This document shows, one piece after another, positions 12,840 to 24,584 of a DNA stretch of 64,000 nucleotides; the first letter of the stretch is position 1; every line of letters begins with the position of its first letter. The stretch spans positions 40,502,646 to 40,566,645 of the forward strand of contig NC_068985.1 in NCBI RefSeq assembly GCF_001194135.2, read 5' to 3'. Origin of the DNA: Octopus bimaculoides (Eukaryota). A program made the position numbers and the translations under genes. The notes under the pieces are model-generated. The model searched no databases, was not told the DNA's origin, and worked only from the letters and a program-made list of their open reading frames with translations.

Positions 12840-14650
12840 GTTTGTCTGGAAACTAGTGGAAGGATGTAAATGTGATGTTATCTGTGTATGAAATTATATT
12901 TTGTGAAGGTGGAAAGGTCATGTAGGCATAGCCCTTTTTATCTGTAAAAAAGAGTGGAACAGTGGAAGACTTCCTGTGGTACTCCATTCAGAAAACTGCT
13001 GGTTCTGGGAATGTTTCTCTTGTACACTGTTTATTTGGTGACCTGGTTGACAAAATTTTGTGTTACTTCTTAAGGTGGTATTGAATATTTTTGTATGAGT
13101 TTGATAGCAAGGAATGAAGTCAAAAGCCTTGATTATTGCTAAAATGGTGTGGTTGGAGTTATTGTTGAAGTCATCTTGTATTTTCTGTTTTAGACTTGAG
13201 AATATTGTGGTGGCTGTGTGTGATAATCTGAATCTAGATTGGGACTTTGAGAGTAAGATTGTGTGAGTGATGTCAAGGATTAGCCTTTCTGGAATTTTTG
13301 AATGTGTATATAAGAGAGTGGTAAGATTGTATGTTACTTCATTTAAGATTTTGTTGGATTTCAAATTTGTAATTTTGCCCAACTGCCAGTCTAGTTATTT
13401 GACACTTTTGATAAGAGTAGTTGTTAGTCATAGATGTTGAGTGCACAATTTCTTCAAGACTTATGTATTTGAGATGTATGTTTGTAATCTTGTCTAGCTT
13501 TAAAGCCTTTGAATTTTTAGATTTCTGTATTCTTATTTAAATCCCTGAAAGGAAGGAAAGGGTCAAAATTATGATATAGATGGATAGTGTATATTTTCAT
13601 TTTGTGTTATCTTCTTTGTGGAATTTTTGGTAGCTGAGTTTCTAAAAATGCCTGATAAGGGTGTTTGCCTGGTGTTACAGTATGGGTATATTATTTGAGA
13701 TTATTATTGTAATACGAGATGTGGTGTCATACCAACTTAAAGGATGGGCACACTGGGCAGTTGCTTGGAGCCCTCAGAGTGTAGAGGCCCAATTCTATAT
13801 ATGTATACTGTGGCTTGTTATCAATGAATAAGTACTATAGAGACCAGTATATTGATTTTAAGCTCAGGGGCCAATAATTCTGCTAAGATGGCTCTAATGT
13901 AACCATTGTTTTGTTGATGAGGGAGGCAATTATCCCATGCAGTGTTTTACTGGTAGTTTTGTCATTTATATTGAATACAAATATTTGCCAGATTTTTTAT
14001 TATTTCCTTGTTTAGTAGTTTGATGCTGAGTTTTACATTGGAAGTGTGTGGTTTTGGTGTAATTTGAGATTCTCTGATGTTCATGAGGCTAGCTACTTCT
14101 GGTTTGTAATTAAGGTTGCTGTTTTTTATGTATAGTGAGAAAACTTTTTTAGATGTTTTTGTTTCTAAATCTCTCAACGCGAGACATTCAGTAAATAATC
14201 TTTACTTTTTTAAATGTGTCTATAATTATTTTGTTGATAGTCTGTGCTGTGCTTGGGTTGATGATATTTGTATTGCTGAATTCTGAAAACTTTCATTCCG
14301 TTTTTTGGTGAAACTTATTCTGTGATGTCTGGAGAAAAATCATTATAGTGAGTTTGGAGAGATATGTGTATGTTGGTGTGGATTGTTTGTGATGAGTTTA
14401 TTATCTGTATTATTTAAAAACCAGGCAATGTTGAGTGCCTTGAAGTTTTTTCCAATGATTGTGTTTGTATATCAAGGTTTTGTTTTGAGGTGTGTAACCT
14501 AGTGAGAAGATTAAAGTAAGTGGTAGTAGTGCCCTTTGTGTTGTTGACTTTGTCTTGAAAGTCTGTATTTTGTACAGTTTTGTTTCTTATTTTACAAAAG
14601 CAAAGTTTTATGTTTTTATAATACCACTTTTCTTAGTAAATGGGCCTGTC
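12840..14650 (-). mobile_element. Degenerate jockey/I-group LINE ORF2 (reverse transcriptase region)
   Basis: ORF 12918-13382 contains LSKSQSRFRLSHTATT (QxGFR..HSTTT-like) and IIKAFDFIP (KAFD). Other frames give NGVPQEVFHCSTLF (GVPQG-like) and SYTDNITF (YADD-like). Interrupted near 13700-13950. Confidence 0.75.
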
Positions 14651-15194
14651 TAGTTTGACCTGAATATAATAGGGTATGAAGGATGTTCTGTGCTCTAAGA
14701 GTTAAAATATTTCTTGAATTGTTGCTACATAAATCCAGGGATTCATGATGAAATATTTTTGTTCCATAAAAGTGTTTTTAATACCATTAGTGTTATGTTG
14801 CAGAATTTTTAGATTTTTGTAATATGTTTACAAACATTTTTGTGTATGAAGCTTTTATTTTTAAGATATGCACAAATTTACAACATTGGGAAAGGAAATA
14901 ACAATGGTACTCTCTATTTTTGTTATTGTTGTTGCTATCAGTTTTATTTTTTCTGTAAAGTCGTGTATTTTTATAGATTATATGTCAGTTGTTTGGTGGA
15001 TGGTGTTCTTGCTGTGGATATATGACTTAAAACTGCATCCATTAGTGGAACCCTGGTCCAGGAATACCAAGGAAGGTTGTAAGACCACCTCTTAAGCACA
15101 GTTGTTTTCAGACTTACTCTGATCCAAAGTAGTCAAGATTCCAGCTATGGTTAATTAGCATGTCACTTGGACAGATGGAGTTCATTAGCATGGG

Positions 15195-15640
15195 AAAAGA
15201 GAGCAACCCATCAAGAGGAAGACTCTGATTGCAAACCTTTGCTGCCTTGTAACCATACCCAGCTATGAGAAAGGTTTTGGGAGTAAATCCTGAAGAAAAA
15301 TTGGGAGTTGGAGCCCCCTGAGACAGTTTGACATTGTCTACAACCTCATTCAGGCAACTCCTACAATGACGCTGATGCCAAATTGTAATGGCTGTGCTGT
15401 TCCTTTGGAGCCATCAGTGACGTGGATAGTGGGGGACATGCTGCATTGGCAGTACTACATTACTACGAAGGCTTGGATTCTATTGACTACTCTATACTAG
15501 AAAGATGGAAAAGGACATAACAACTCAAGTGCAGTTTGTGTGGCAGAGACTACCATTTGTGCATCAGACCGTTCAGCCACAGACTATGCAGTTCCAGTGG
15601 AACAAGCAACTAAGGTCTTCATCCATGGTCATAAATGACA
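15195..15640 (+). mobile_element. Internally deleted RTE/BovB-like element (5' UTR motif close to ORF C-terminus)
   Basis: gagcaacccatcaagaggaagactctgattgcaaacc resembles RTE 5' UTRs. 15530 onward encodes CSLCGRDYHLCIRPFSHRLC, like the RTE/BovB C-terminal CxxCGRDCHSRIGLFSH motif. Confidence 0.5.
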
Positions 15641-15699
15641 GGCAGAGGCCAACTCGACTTGCGAAGACCTGTTGGGGCAAGCAAAAGCAAAATCGTGAT

Positions 15700-16063
15700 G
15701 GCACCACCGTTCGAGCGTGATCGTTACCAGCGTCGCCTTCCTGGCACTTGTGCCGGTGGCACATGAAAAGTCATTCGAGCGAGATCGTTGCCAGTGCTGC
15801 TGGACTGGCTCCTGTGCAGGTGGCATGTAAAATACTCCATTTTGAGTGTGGCCGTTGCCAGTACCACCTAACTGGCCTTCGTGCCAGTGGCACGTAAAAG
15901 CACCCACTACACTCTCGGAGTGGTTGGCGTTAGGAAGGGCATCCAGCTGTAAAAACTCTGCCAGATCAGATTGGAGCCTGGTGTAGCCATCTGGTTCACC
16001 AGTCCTCAGTCAAATCGTCCAACGCATGCTAGCATGGAAAGCGGACGTTAAACAATGATGATG
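15700..16063 (+). mobile_element. 5'-truncated RTE LINE 3' end with three twin-hairpin repeats and (GAT)n tail
   Basis: Tail ctctcggagtggttggcgttaggaagggcatccagc...gcatggaaagcggacgttaaacaatgatgatg is homologous to the end of the RTE at 24585-25950 and near-identical to 46265-46662. Confidence 0.8.
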
Positions 16064-18415
16064 TAGATAGATATAAAACAATTGGATTGACTTCAGTGTA
16101 TTGCTGTTATTTATTTAATCTTTTTTTCTTTTTATCTGTAGAATATTATTGATACTCATTTTGTTGCATCTTTTAAGATGCAGTTAATTCTGGCTTGATT
16201 TTAATTCAAAACTGCGAGGAATGAAACTAAATATTGAGAAGGAGTGCCTTCCATTCTTCCAGGGTGCCTGAAATGGTGTCATTGTATGTGGTTTGTTACA
16301 TTCAATCCAATGTATGTACAGTGTAGAATAGTTAAGTAAGTATGGTATTAGATTACCAACTCTCCAAATCTGTTGTAGATGTTACATAGCTTCTAAAAGG
16401 ACAGATTATTCTATGGACACTTCAGTTCACTTAGCTACCAGAAATATGTATGTACCAGATCTATCTGCAATAGACAGGCACCCTATTCTTGAGGTGTTTT
16501 ATCTTTCATCCATTTAACACCCTAAAAGTAGAGTTAAGCACCAGCATTGCAGATATTTCTAAAAGCTTAGATATTTATTTTATTCAATCCAGTATCATGT
16601 CTCATTCATCTGCAGCACCTTAGTTCTCGATGTTTTTATAAGTAAAACTGGAGATGTTCAGTGATAGAAAACCAGACCAAATACAATTATAATAATATTT
16701 TATTTTATTCTTCTCACTTTCAAGCTCAAATTCCATCAGGATCTATATTGTTTATGTCCTAAGACTGATGATAAAATATGTACTAGTAATATACTTAGTT
16801 TCAATCAAAGAATGAAATTATGTTGAAAATAGGTAGTTAGTGTCGAGCCATTTAGAAAAGGAAAAGCATCAATGTTTTGGATGAGGCTCTTAATTGACTG
16901 GAAAAGAATAGTGAGAGATTATTAGGAAGAAATATTTTCGCTTGGATTTTTAAAAAAATAGTCCTGATTGTTATGAATGCCACTTGTCTGTATGTGGTCT
17001 CTTGTAAACAAAAGTGAAGATGGATAGTGAGCAATGTCGTGTTCAGGTACAAAAAAGGAAGTTGGCAAATATGTATGAGTACAACAGTGTGTGTAAGCAG
17101 ATGGGTAGAAAAGATGAATGATGTGAATACATGTGAATTTGCATGTGTAAAAAGACAGGGTTGAAAATAGAAGGGAAGGAGTTAGAGGAAAAGTGATCGA
17201 TTGTTAATTTCAGTAGGAGAAAATATCTCCCAGCCATTTATGGAGACAAAAGTACTGTAGAGTTGAAATGGCATGTAAGATGTTTAAAGAATCTATGGCT
17301 ATTGCATAGCACATCAAACAAAGAAGTCAAATGAAGCAAATGTACGTATGCTGTTCTGAAGAATGAAATTCTTTGAAGAATTCTATTAGAGAGTAATTCT
17401 ACAATAAAATATTCACATTGCTATTGGTATTTTTGAAATCTTTATGAAGACATAGGGCCTTAGATATCTTAGGAAGAGGTATTATTGGAGTAGATACATT
17501 TTAATGTTTTTAACTTAAAGGCAATAGAATTGATTGAAACAGAACTGCAGTATGAATAACTAAGCACTGGAAGTAAATGAAACAGTTGTCATTTTTAGTG
17601 CTGCTACCACTTAGTACACTAGTTCGCTGTTCTATACATACCACTGAGCCCTGGCAGAGACCAGTAGTTTAACATTACATCAACTCAGCCATCTCCAACT
17701 TTCAGAAAGGAGGAAATAACACTGTGTGATTTTCATCAAGCATGTAAGTGTCATGAGTGAAATGGTAATGACTAGGAATCAATGCCAAGTCATTGCCTTG
17801 GTTTACCAGCAGGACTTTCTGATTGCTATAGTACTTGCTATGAGATAAACAATGATCTCCTTTCTCTAGTCACATATTCTCTCCACATTGCTATACTGAT
17901 TACATAAAAAAAGACAAGAGAAATTACAGAGAATTAAGCCAATGTTATTATAGACCAGTAAATGAGCAGCTACATTAATCATTTATGTTTGCATTTTTGT
18001 ATTCATCACAAGTTCATAACATCTGCTTCCTTGCAAATGTATGTCAAATGAAATAATATAATGCTAGTGGGGATCTGTTTTGGCAAAAACCAGTTAATAA
18101 AATTCACTAGAATTCACCATTCTTCTTGACGAATGAATTGATTTAATTTTATAAATTTCTATGTCAAATAGTTCTTATTTAAAAAAAAAAAAAAAGAAAG
18201 AAAAACATTTATAAATGCATTCACCATTATTCACTTGATACAATGAATATACTTTTTTACCCTTTCACCTGCTTGTTCTTACTTTTTTTCTTTACATATT
18301 GATATAGATTGGATCATTTTGGTGAAGTTGGACATTTATATCTGAATTAATAGGAAAATTATTTTTACAACCACCTATAAATAGCTCTGTCTAATTGTAT
18401 ATACTTGTGTGTGTG

Positions 18416-18454
<39 letters not shown>

Positions 18455-18601
18455 TTTTGTACTAACTGTTTGTAGACAGTCAAATATTCATACATACACG
18501 TATATATTATTTTTAATTGGCATAAGTTTCAAAGTGACTCAAAGGCCGTGCCATGCACAAAATCCTGGTCTTCAGTTACTATGTAATGTCTGCTGAAGTG
18601 T

Positions 18602-18972
18602 ATCTTTTACTTGTTTCAGTCATTAGACTGCAACCATGCAAGGGCACTACCTTGAAGAATTTTAGTCAAATGAATCAATACCAATACATTTTTTTTGCTT
18701 ATTCTATTGGTCTCTTTTGCTGAACCACTAAGTTACAGGGACGTAAACAGAGTAACACTGGTTGTCAAGTGGATGGGAGACAAACACACACTCAAGCACA
18801 TATATATATATACAACAGGCTTCTTTCAGTTTCCATCTACCAAATCCACTCACAAGGTTTTGGTCAGCCCGAGGTTATAGTAGATGTCATTTGCCCAAGG
18901 TGTCACACAGTGGGACTGAACACAGAAGTGTGTAGTTGTAGAGCAAGCTTCTTACCACACAGCCATGCCTAT
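18602..18972 (-). mobile_element. Family-B SINE with internal (TA)/(CA) microsatellite
   Basis: Reverse-complement match to copies at 49721 and 53700 (cttttacttgtttcagtca ... accacacagccatgcct). Confidence 0.8.
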
Positions 18973-18989
18973 ATATGTGTGTGTGTGTG

Positions 18990-19110
18990 TATAAGGGCAT
19001 CCAGCTGTAGAAACCTTGATAAATCAGATTGGAGACTGGTGCAGCCCTCAGTCAAACTGTCCAACCCATGCCAGCATGGAAAGCAAACATTACACCATGA
19101 TGATGATGAG
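18990..19110 (+). mobile_element. Short RTE 3' tail fragment
   Basis: aagggcatccagctgtagaaacc...ccaacccatgccagcatggaaagc...atgatgatgatg. Confidence 0.7.
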
Positions 19111-19118
19111 AAGGAAGA

Positions 19119-19154
<36 letters not shown>

Positions 19155-20074
19155 GCACACACACACACACNNNNNNNNNNNNNNNNNNNNNNNNNNNNNN
19201 NNNNNNNNNNNNNNNNNNNNNNNNNNNNNNNNNNNNNNNNNNNNNNNNNNNNNNNNNNNNNNNNAACTTGTGTGTTCCCCCCATATATAACAAGAAAACT
19301 TTTCACTCACACTACCCAAACAAACCAATCTACATCGCCACATCTCTTCTTTTCCTCACATTTCCTCCTTAATACACTATGCCTAGCTCTCACTCTCCAA
19401 TCCTGTCCTCACGGCCCTGTTCCTCTGTATCATTGCTACCTGGCAGCTCCCCTGACTGTGTGTGTGCCCAGGCTTTAAACACACTGCTTTTGCAAGATCC
19501 TGCCACTTATATTATGGCATTTCGAACCTCAAGGCCATACCACCATCTATATCTCTCTCTTCCTTTACTCGACCATCCAATTTACATTCTGATTTCCATC
19601 CCTTGTGGGTATACCTGGCATTTTGCCACCATCTCTTACCTGCTGTCTCCCACTCTCTCATCTCCTGCACTTCCCTCAGGTTGAGTAACCATGTATTGCA
19701 GTAGTGGACCTGTTGCTGTCTTCATTCCTGATCTCTCTCTCTCTCTCTCTCTAGTCAGGTAACCTTGTACTTACTCTCCAGCAAGACACCTGTTTCTGTC
19801 TCTCTGTCTTACTATAACCTTTCATCATCTGACACAAAGTCACTCCTCCAATGCCCCCGCCTCTTGAAGGCTTTTTTAAAAATTATTTTGTCTTGCAAGT
19901 ACTTGCTAACTGTTAGTGCAGGTGCCACTGAAAAGTGGTTGGTGTTTGGAAGGGCATCCAGCGATAAAAATTGGCCAAAACTGACCTCGCCTCTGCTTGT
20001 GCCGCATAAAATGCACTAAGTCCACTCTGCTGGATGGTTGGTGTTAGGAAGGGCATCCAGCTGTAAAAATCTTG

Positions 20075-20325
20075 CCAAAACAATTACAGAACTGCCAACC
20101 CTCACCTTACTGACAGCGTTCCTGTACATGGCTTGCACAGCTCTCACTAACCATTCATCTATCCCTAGTTTCCTCATTGACCACAAGATAAGGGATCGGA
20201 GGACCCTGTCAAAGGCTTTCTCCATGTCAACAAAAGCCAGGTACAGAGGTTTATCTTTGGCTAGGTATTTCTCCTGCAGCTGTCTTACCAGAAATATAGT
20301 ATCAGTGGTGCTAGGTACTTGATAA
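20075..20325 (-). mobile_element. RTE-clade reverse transcriptase fragment
   Basis: STTDTIFLVRQLQEKYLAKDKPLYLAFVDMEKAFDRV...LRKLGIDEWLVRAVQAMY-type sequence, a classic RTE RT segment. Confidence 0.85.
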
Positions 20326-20600
20326 AATGCTGCCAACTTTACGTATTTTGGTGATAGATTTTTTTTTTTCTTGAAGTTAACAAGCTGTTGATAAATTCAT
20401 CAAAGATTTTGTTTTCTTTTATTGTATTATGTACACCTGACAGTTATTGGAAGGTAGCTGTTTGTCAAATCAGTGTATAAAAAACCAGTTGTCTAAATTT
20501 CCTGTTTTATCAACAACAGCTTGTAATAAAGATATTTTTATACATAATTTTAACTACCAGTGCCGTCATTCATTTTCTTTTTTCAAATATATTTTTTTAT

Positions 20601-20991
20601 TCTTTTACTTGTTTCAGTCATTTGACTGCGGCCATGCTGGAGCACCGCCTTTAGTTGAACAAATCGACCCCAGAACTTATTTTTTGTAAGCCTTGTACTT
20701 ATTCTATTGGTTCTCTTTTGCTAAACCGCTAAGTTACAGGGACGTAAACACACCAACATCGGTTGTCAAGCAATGGTGGGGGGACAAACACAGACACACA
20801 CATGCACACACACAGATATATATACACATGACGGGTTTCTTTCAGTTTCCACCTATCAAATCCACTCACAAGGCTTTGGTCAGCCAGAGGCTATAGTAGA
20901 AGACACTTGCGTAAGGTGCCAAGTGGTAGGACTGAACCCAGAACCTTGTGGTTGGGAAGCAAGCTTCTTACCACACAGCCACTCCTCCGCC
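20601..20991 (-). mobile_element. Full-length family-B SINE
   Basis: Minus-strand head ggcggaggagtggctgtgtggtaagaagc...ggttcagtcc, CORE-like segment, internal microsatellite and tail gactgaaacaagtaaaag. Confidence 0.85.
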
Positions 20992-21221
20992 TATATGTAT
21001 AATGATTATATTATTATTGAAAGTGTTCCATCCACAATGACCCTATCATTTCTTTCTGGAGTAGTGTAACTTGGACTATATTCTCTTGTATATCCTTTTT
21101 CAAGATATTTGAAAGACATTTGACTTCTATCTCTAGCAGATCAAGTTATTCATAAAGACTCTCTTCTTGGTTTACTATGACTTCAGTTTTACCACCACTG
21201 TAGTGATGCTAATCAATTTAA

Positions 21222-21444
21222 CCCTTTAGCATTTAAACTGACCATATCTAACCTAAATAGATATCTGTCTATTCTATGTTCAAAGTAGCCAGAACTGCCC
21301 TCTCACATCTACTTTACAATGTCATTCTAAAAATAAAGAATCATATCATTGAAATTTCTCAGCTATGGGATAATGCATGATTAATTCAAAACAATGTGAA
21401 TAAATAAGCATTACATTTGACAGAGTAATCTGAATACTAATGAG
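21222..21444. mobile_element. piggyBac-type MITE, copy 2 (inverted relative to 12613-12830)
   Basis: TTAA|CCCTTTAGCATT ... gacagagtaatctgaatactaatgag|TTAA. The internal sequence is the reverse complement of copy 1. Confidence 0.65.
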
Positions 21445-24007
21445 TTAAAGACCACATGGATGAAGGCATGTCATTGATAGTCACATGTCTGACCAAACTG
21501 ACAGAACATTGCCTTCCCAATTTAATATGCCTAGAAAGTATCATAGTTGTTTTCAGTCCATGCGTTAAATGACTTCTCAAACAACAGGTGTACTGAGGAT
21601 TGAAAGAAATATTGATCCTCCTCAAAGAATCTTCTACAATTTTTCTGCTTTTTACCAAAAGCTGGAAATAATTCAGATTGAGCATTTACTGCATTAATAT
21701 TTCTACCTATAATCCTCAAAGCAAAATTGCCTTTAGCACTTAAAGCTCATAGATCATTACAGGCGTTTCAATGTTTCTGAAAAGAGTTCCTTATTTTACC
21801 TTGCATCGACTCATCTAGCTGTCTGAAATTGGCATAAGATCACCTGGGAAATTTACTTGTAATAGATTGGTATTCTAACAATGAAGAGATCTATTTATCA
21901 TCCTCTTCATACCATAAAACCAGAGTTAAGCACTTAGGTCTGGAAGATTACTACAGAAGCTAAGAAGACAATTACATTACACTTGTATCTTCTCATCTAC
22001 ACATGACAAAAATGTCTATAAGCACTGTTTTCTCTATAGACTAACAAATATTTTTTGTTCTTCTTAATATATATATACTGTTCCTATACCAGAAGCATGG
22101 ATACGGAAGTCCATTAACATGACCTCACTTATTGTGATTTTATTAGCCATTATACTTCTTTTGAAATGCAAGGTTCAAAAGTAGAGCTACTTTCTAAAAT
22201 ACTGTATTTAGCAGTATACCATATAGACGTATAGTAAATATGAATCTTTGATAGATAAAGAAGCTCTTTCCTTAGTGTTCAATATTACACACTATAGATC
22301 TTATTAACTCTTTCAAATGCAGAGCAGCTGCGGGATATGAAAGAAACATATTTTGTCTGTTATATTGTTTGGAAATGGTATGGTTGAAGCATTATTCTTT
22401 TTAATAAATTACTTTTATATATTACCTCTTCTTTGGTATAGTTCATTGAAAAAAAATAAACAGACATCTAGTTAGAACATTTATAGACAAGTAGCCATTA
22501 TGATTGCTTTAACAATTCTACACTTGAAAGAAGTTAACTGCCTGGCAACAGACTTTATGGTCGAAATAGTTTTATATGGTAGCCATTGTGATTGCTGCCA
22601 ACTGCTGTGGACTTGAAAGGTAACAATTCTTGAAAGAACTTTCTTTAACATTCTTTGTTAACTTGAGCATATTTTTCTCCTATAAAACTGCTTTTAAGAA
22701 ACTGATTCTTCTCATTTGAAGCAATTCAATATTTTGCCCTTCAAATACTCACTATATTTTATAACAGAAGCACACAGATAATCTCTCTCTCTCTCTCTCT
22801 CTCTTTGCTCTACTGAAAAATAGACATATATATTTGGAATGATAAGAATTAAATGAGAATTTATATAGAATATAAACCACACAATCACACCAACCTCTAC
22901 TGCCACCAGTTATTTGTTTTTTTGTTTTTTTTTGAATTGGTGTAAAAATATCTACAACACGGTGTTTCTCTACATGACTTGATACTACACATTGTTCAAA
23001 AAGTTTTCACTGTGTTTTTATAATTGGATGCCTTTCCTATTTCTATTCACCATATCAATGAAAATTGAATATATTTTGTTAGACATGTATAAAATCTATT
23101 ATCTTTCACTTGTTCCACTCATTGTACTTTAGACATGTTGTATAAGTGAAAGGTGAAGGGACAATACTCATGCTGTTTGTAGGCCTGTTCATACTAGTGA
23201 TATCAACATATGTATTTCATGTCTGCAGGAAAAATGTTGACAAGAAGGGAATTCCAGCAGATCGCAGTTTTGGGGAGGAAATATTGGGAAAAGGGTTTAA
23301 TACAAAACTTACCTAGTGAGACACAGCATGATTAATGAGAGTGGGAGAAGTGACAAGTAAGCCTGGATAGAGCAGGTTGAAACTAATGTGTTCAGAAGAG
23401 CATGGGCTACTATTGCAGATCTATTAGTGCATATTTAAGCTAGTATCTGAAGCATATTGATGAATGAATATTTGGCAGTCAGTCTTGAGCTGGGATTATT
23501 TATTAACAGAAAGGTACTGTAGGTGATACATAGGATGAAACATCATAAGTGAAAAATTATTGTTCAAATTTTGGATACCATATAAAGTTTGCCCTGCATT
23601 ACAGACAAATTTGCTGCTGTCTGGTTGATTTGTTGTTGTTTATCTTCATGCCAGCCCTAATTATGAACATCTATCATCAAAGGCTTTGGAGCCATGATTA
23701 TCCCATCTGTTTAGAAGTGCATCTAGAATCATGTTATCTTTTGTGTTCTTTTTCAAAGACAGTATGATATGATTTGAGGTCAAACAACTATGTTGAGGCT
23801 CCTTTGTTGGATCATTGCCACATGGTAGATGCTACAGATGTTGTCAAACCAGACAACCAGGTTCAGTAACAGTTTATTCCCTAGAGCTGAACTTGGCATT
23901 CAACCATTGATGCAGGCAGACATATAACTGTAACTTTAATGTAGTCATATTATTGTAATCTTTGCCACTGTTTTATTGTTTAGACATTTCCCTTTTTTAA
24001 TGTATTC

Positions 24008-24560
24008 AAGCTGGCAGAATCATTAGCACACTGAACAAAATGCTTAGCAGTATTTCACCTATTGCTACATTCTGAGTTCAAATTCCACCAACATTGACTT
24101 TGCCTTTCATCCTTTTGGGGTCGATAAACTAAGTACCGGTTACACACTTAGTCGATTTAATCGATTATCCCCCTCCCCCAAATTTCAGGCCTTGTGCCTA
24201 TAGTAGAAAAGATTATTATTCGTATTATTAAGGTGGTGAGCTGGCCAAATTGTTAGTAAACCAGACAAAATGCTTAGCAGCATTTTATCTGTCTTTACAT
24301 TCTAAGTTCAAATTCTGCCAAGATCTACTTGTCTTTTATCCTTTCAGATCAATAAGATAAGTACCAGTTTAGAACTTGGTTCAATTTAATTAACTAGCCC
24401 CCCCCCCCCCCATTTAAAACCTTTCAGACCTTGTACCTCTAGTAGAATTATTATTATTATAAGGTTAATAACTGGCAGTAATAGTAGAGTGCCCAACAAG
24501 TGTCTTGTGATGCTGAGATACCTTTATGTTCTGAATTTAAATGCTGATAAAATGAATTTT
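24008..24560 (+). mobile_element. Head-to-tail cluster of three decayed family-A SINEs
   Basis: Three heads (ctggcagaatcattag at ~24010, gtgagctggccaaattgttag at ~24236, actggcagtaatagtag at ~24471). The first two copies end in (TTA)n. Confidence 0.75.
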
Positions 24561-24584
24561 GTTTTGTAGTCTTCACACATACAC

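Noticed and set aside
15700-15905. CRISPR-like repeat-spacer array
   Set aside because: Only three units, very short variable loops, no cas genes, eukaryotic context, and clearly part of a LINE 3' UTR.
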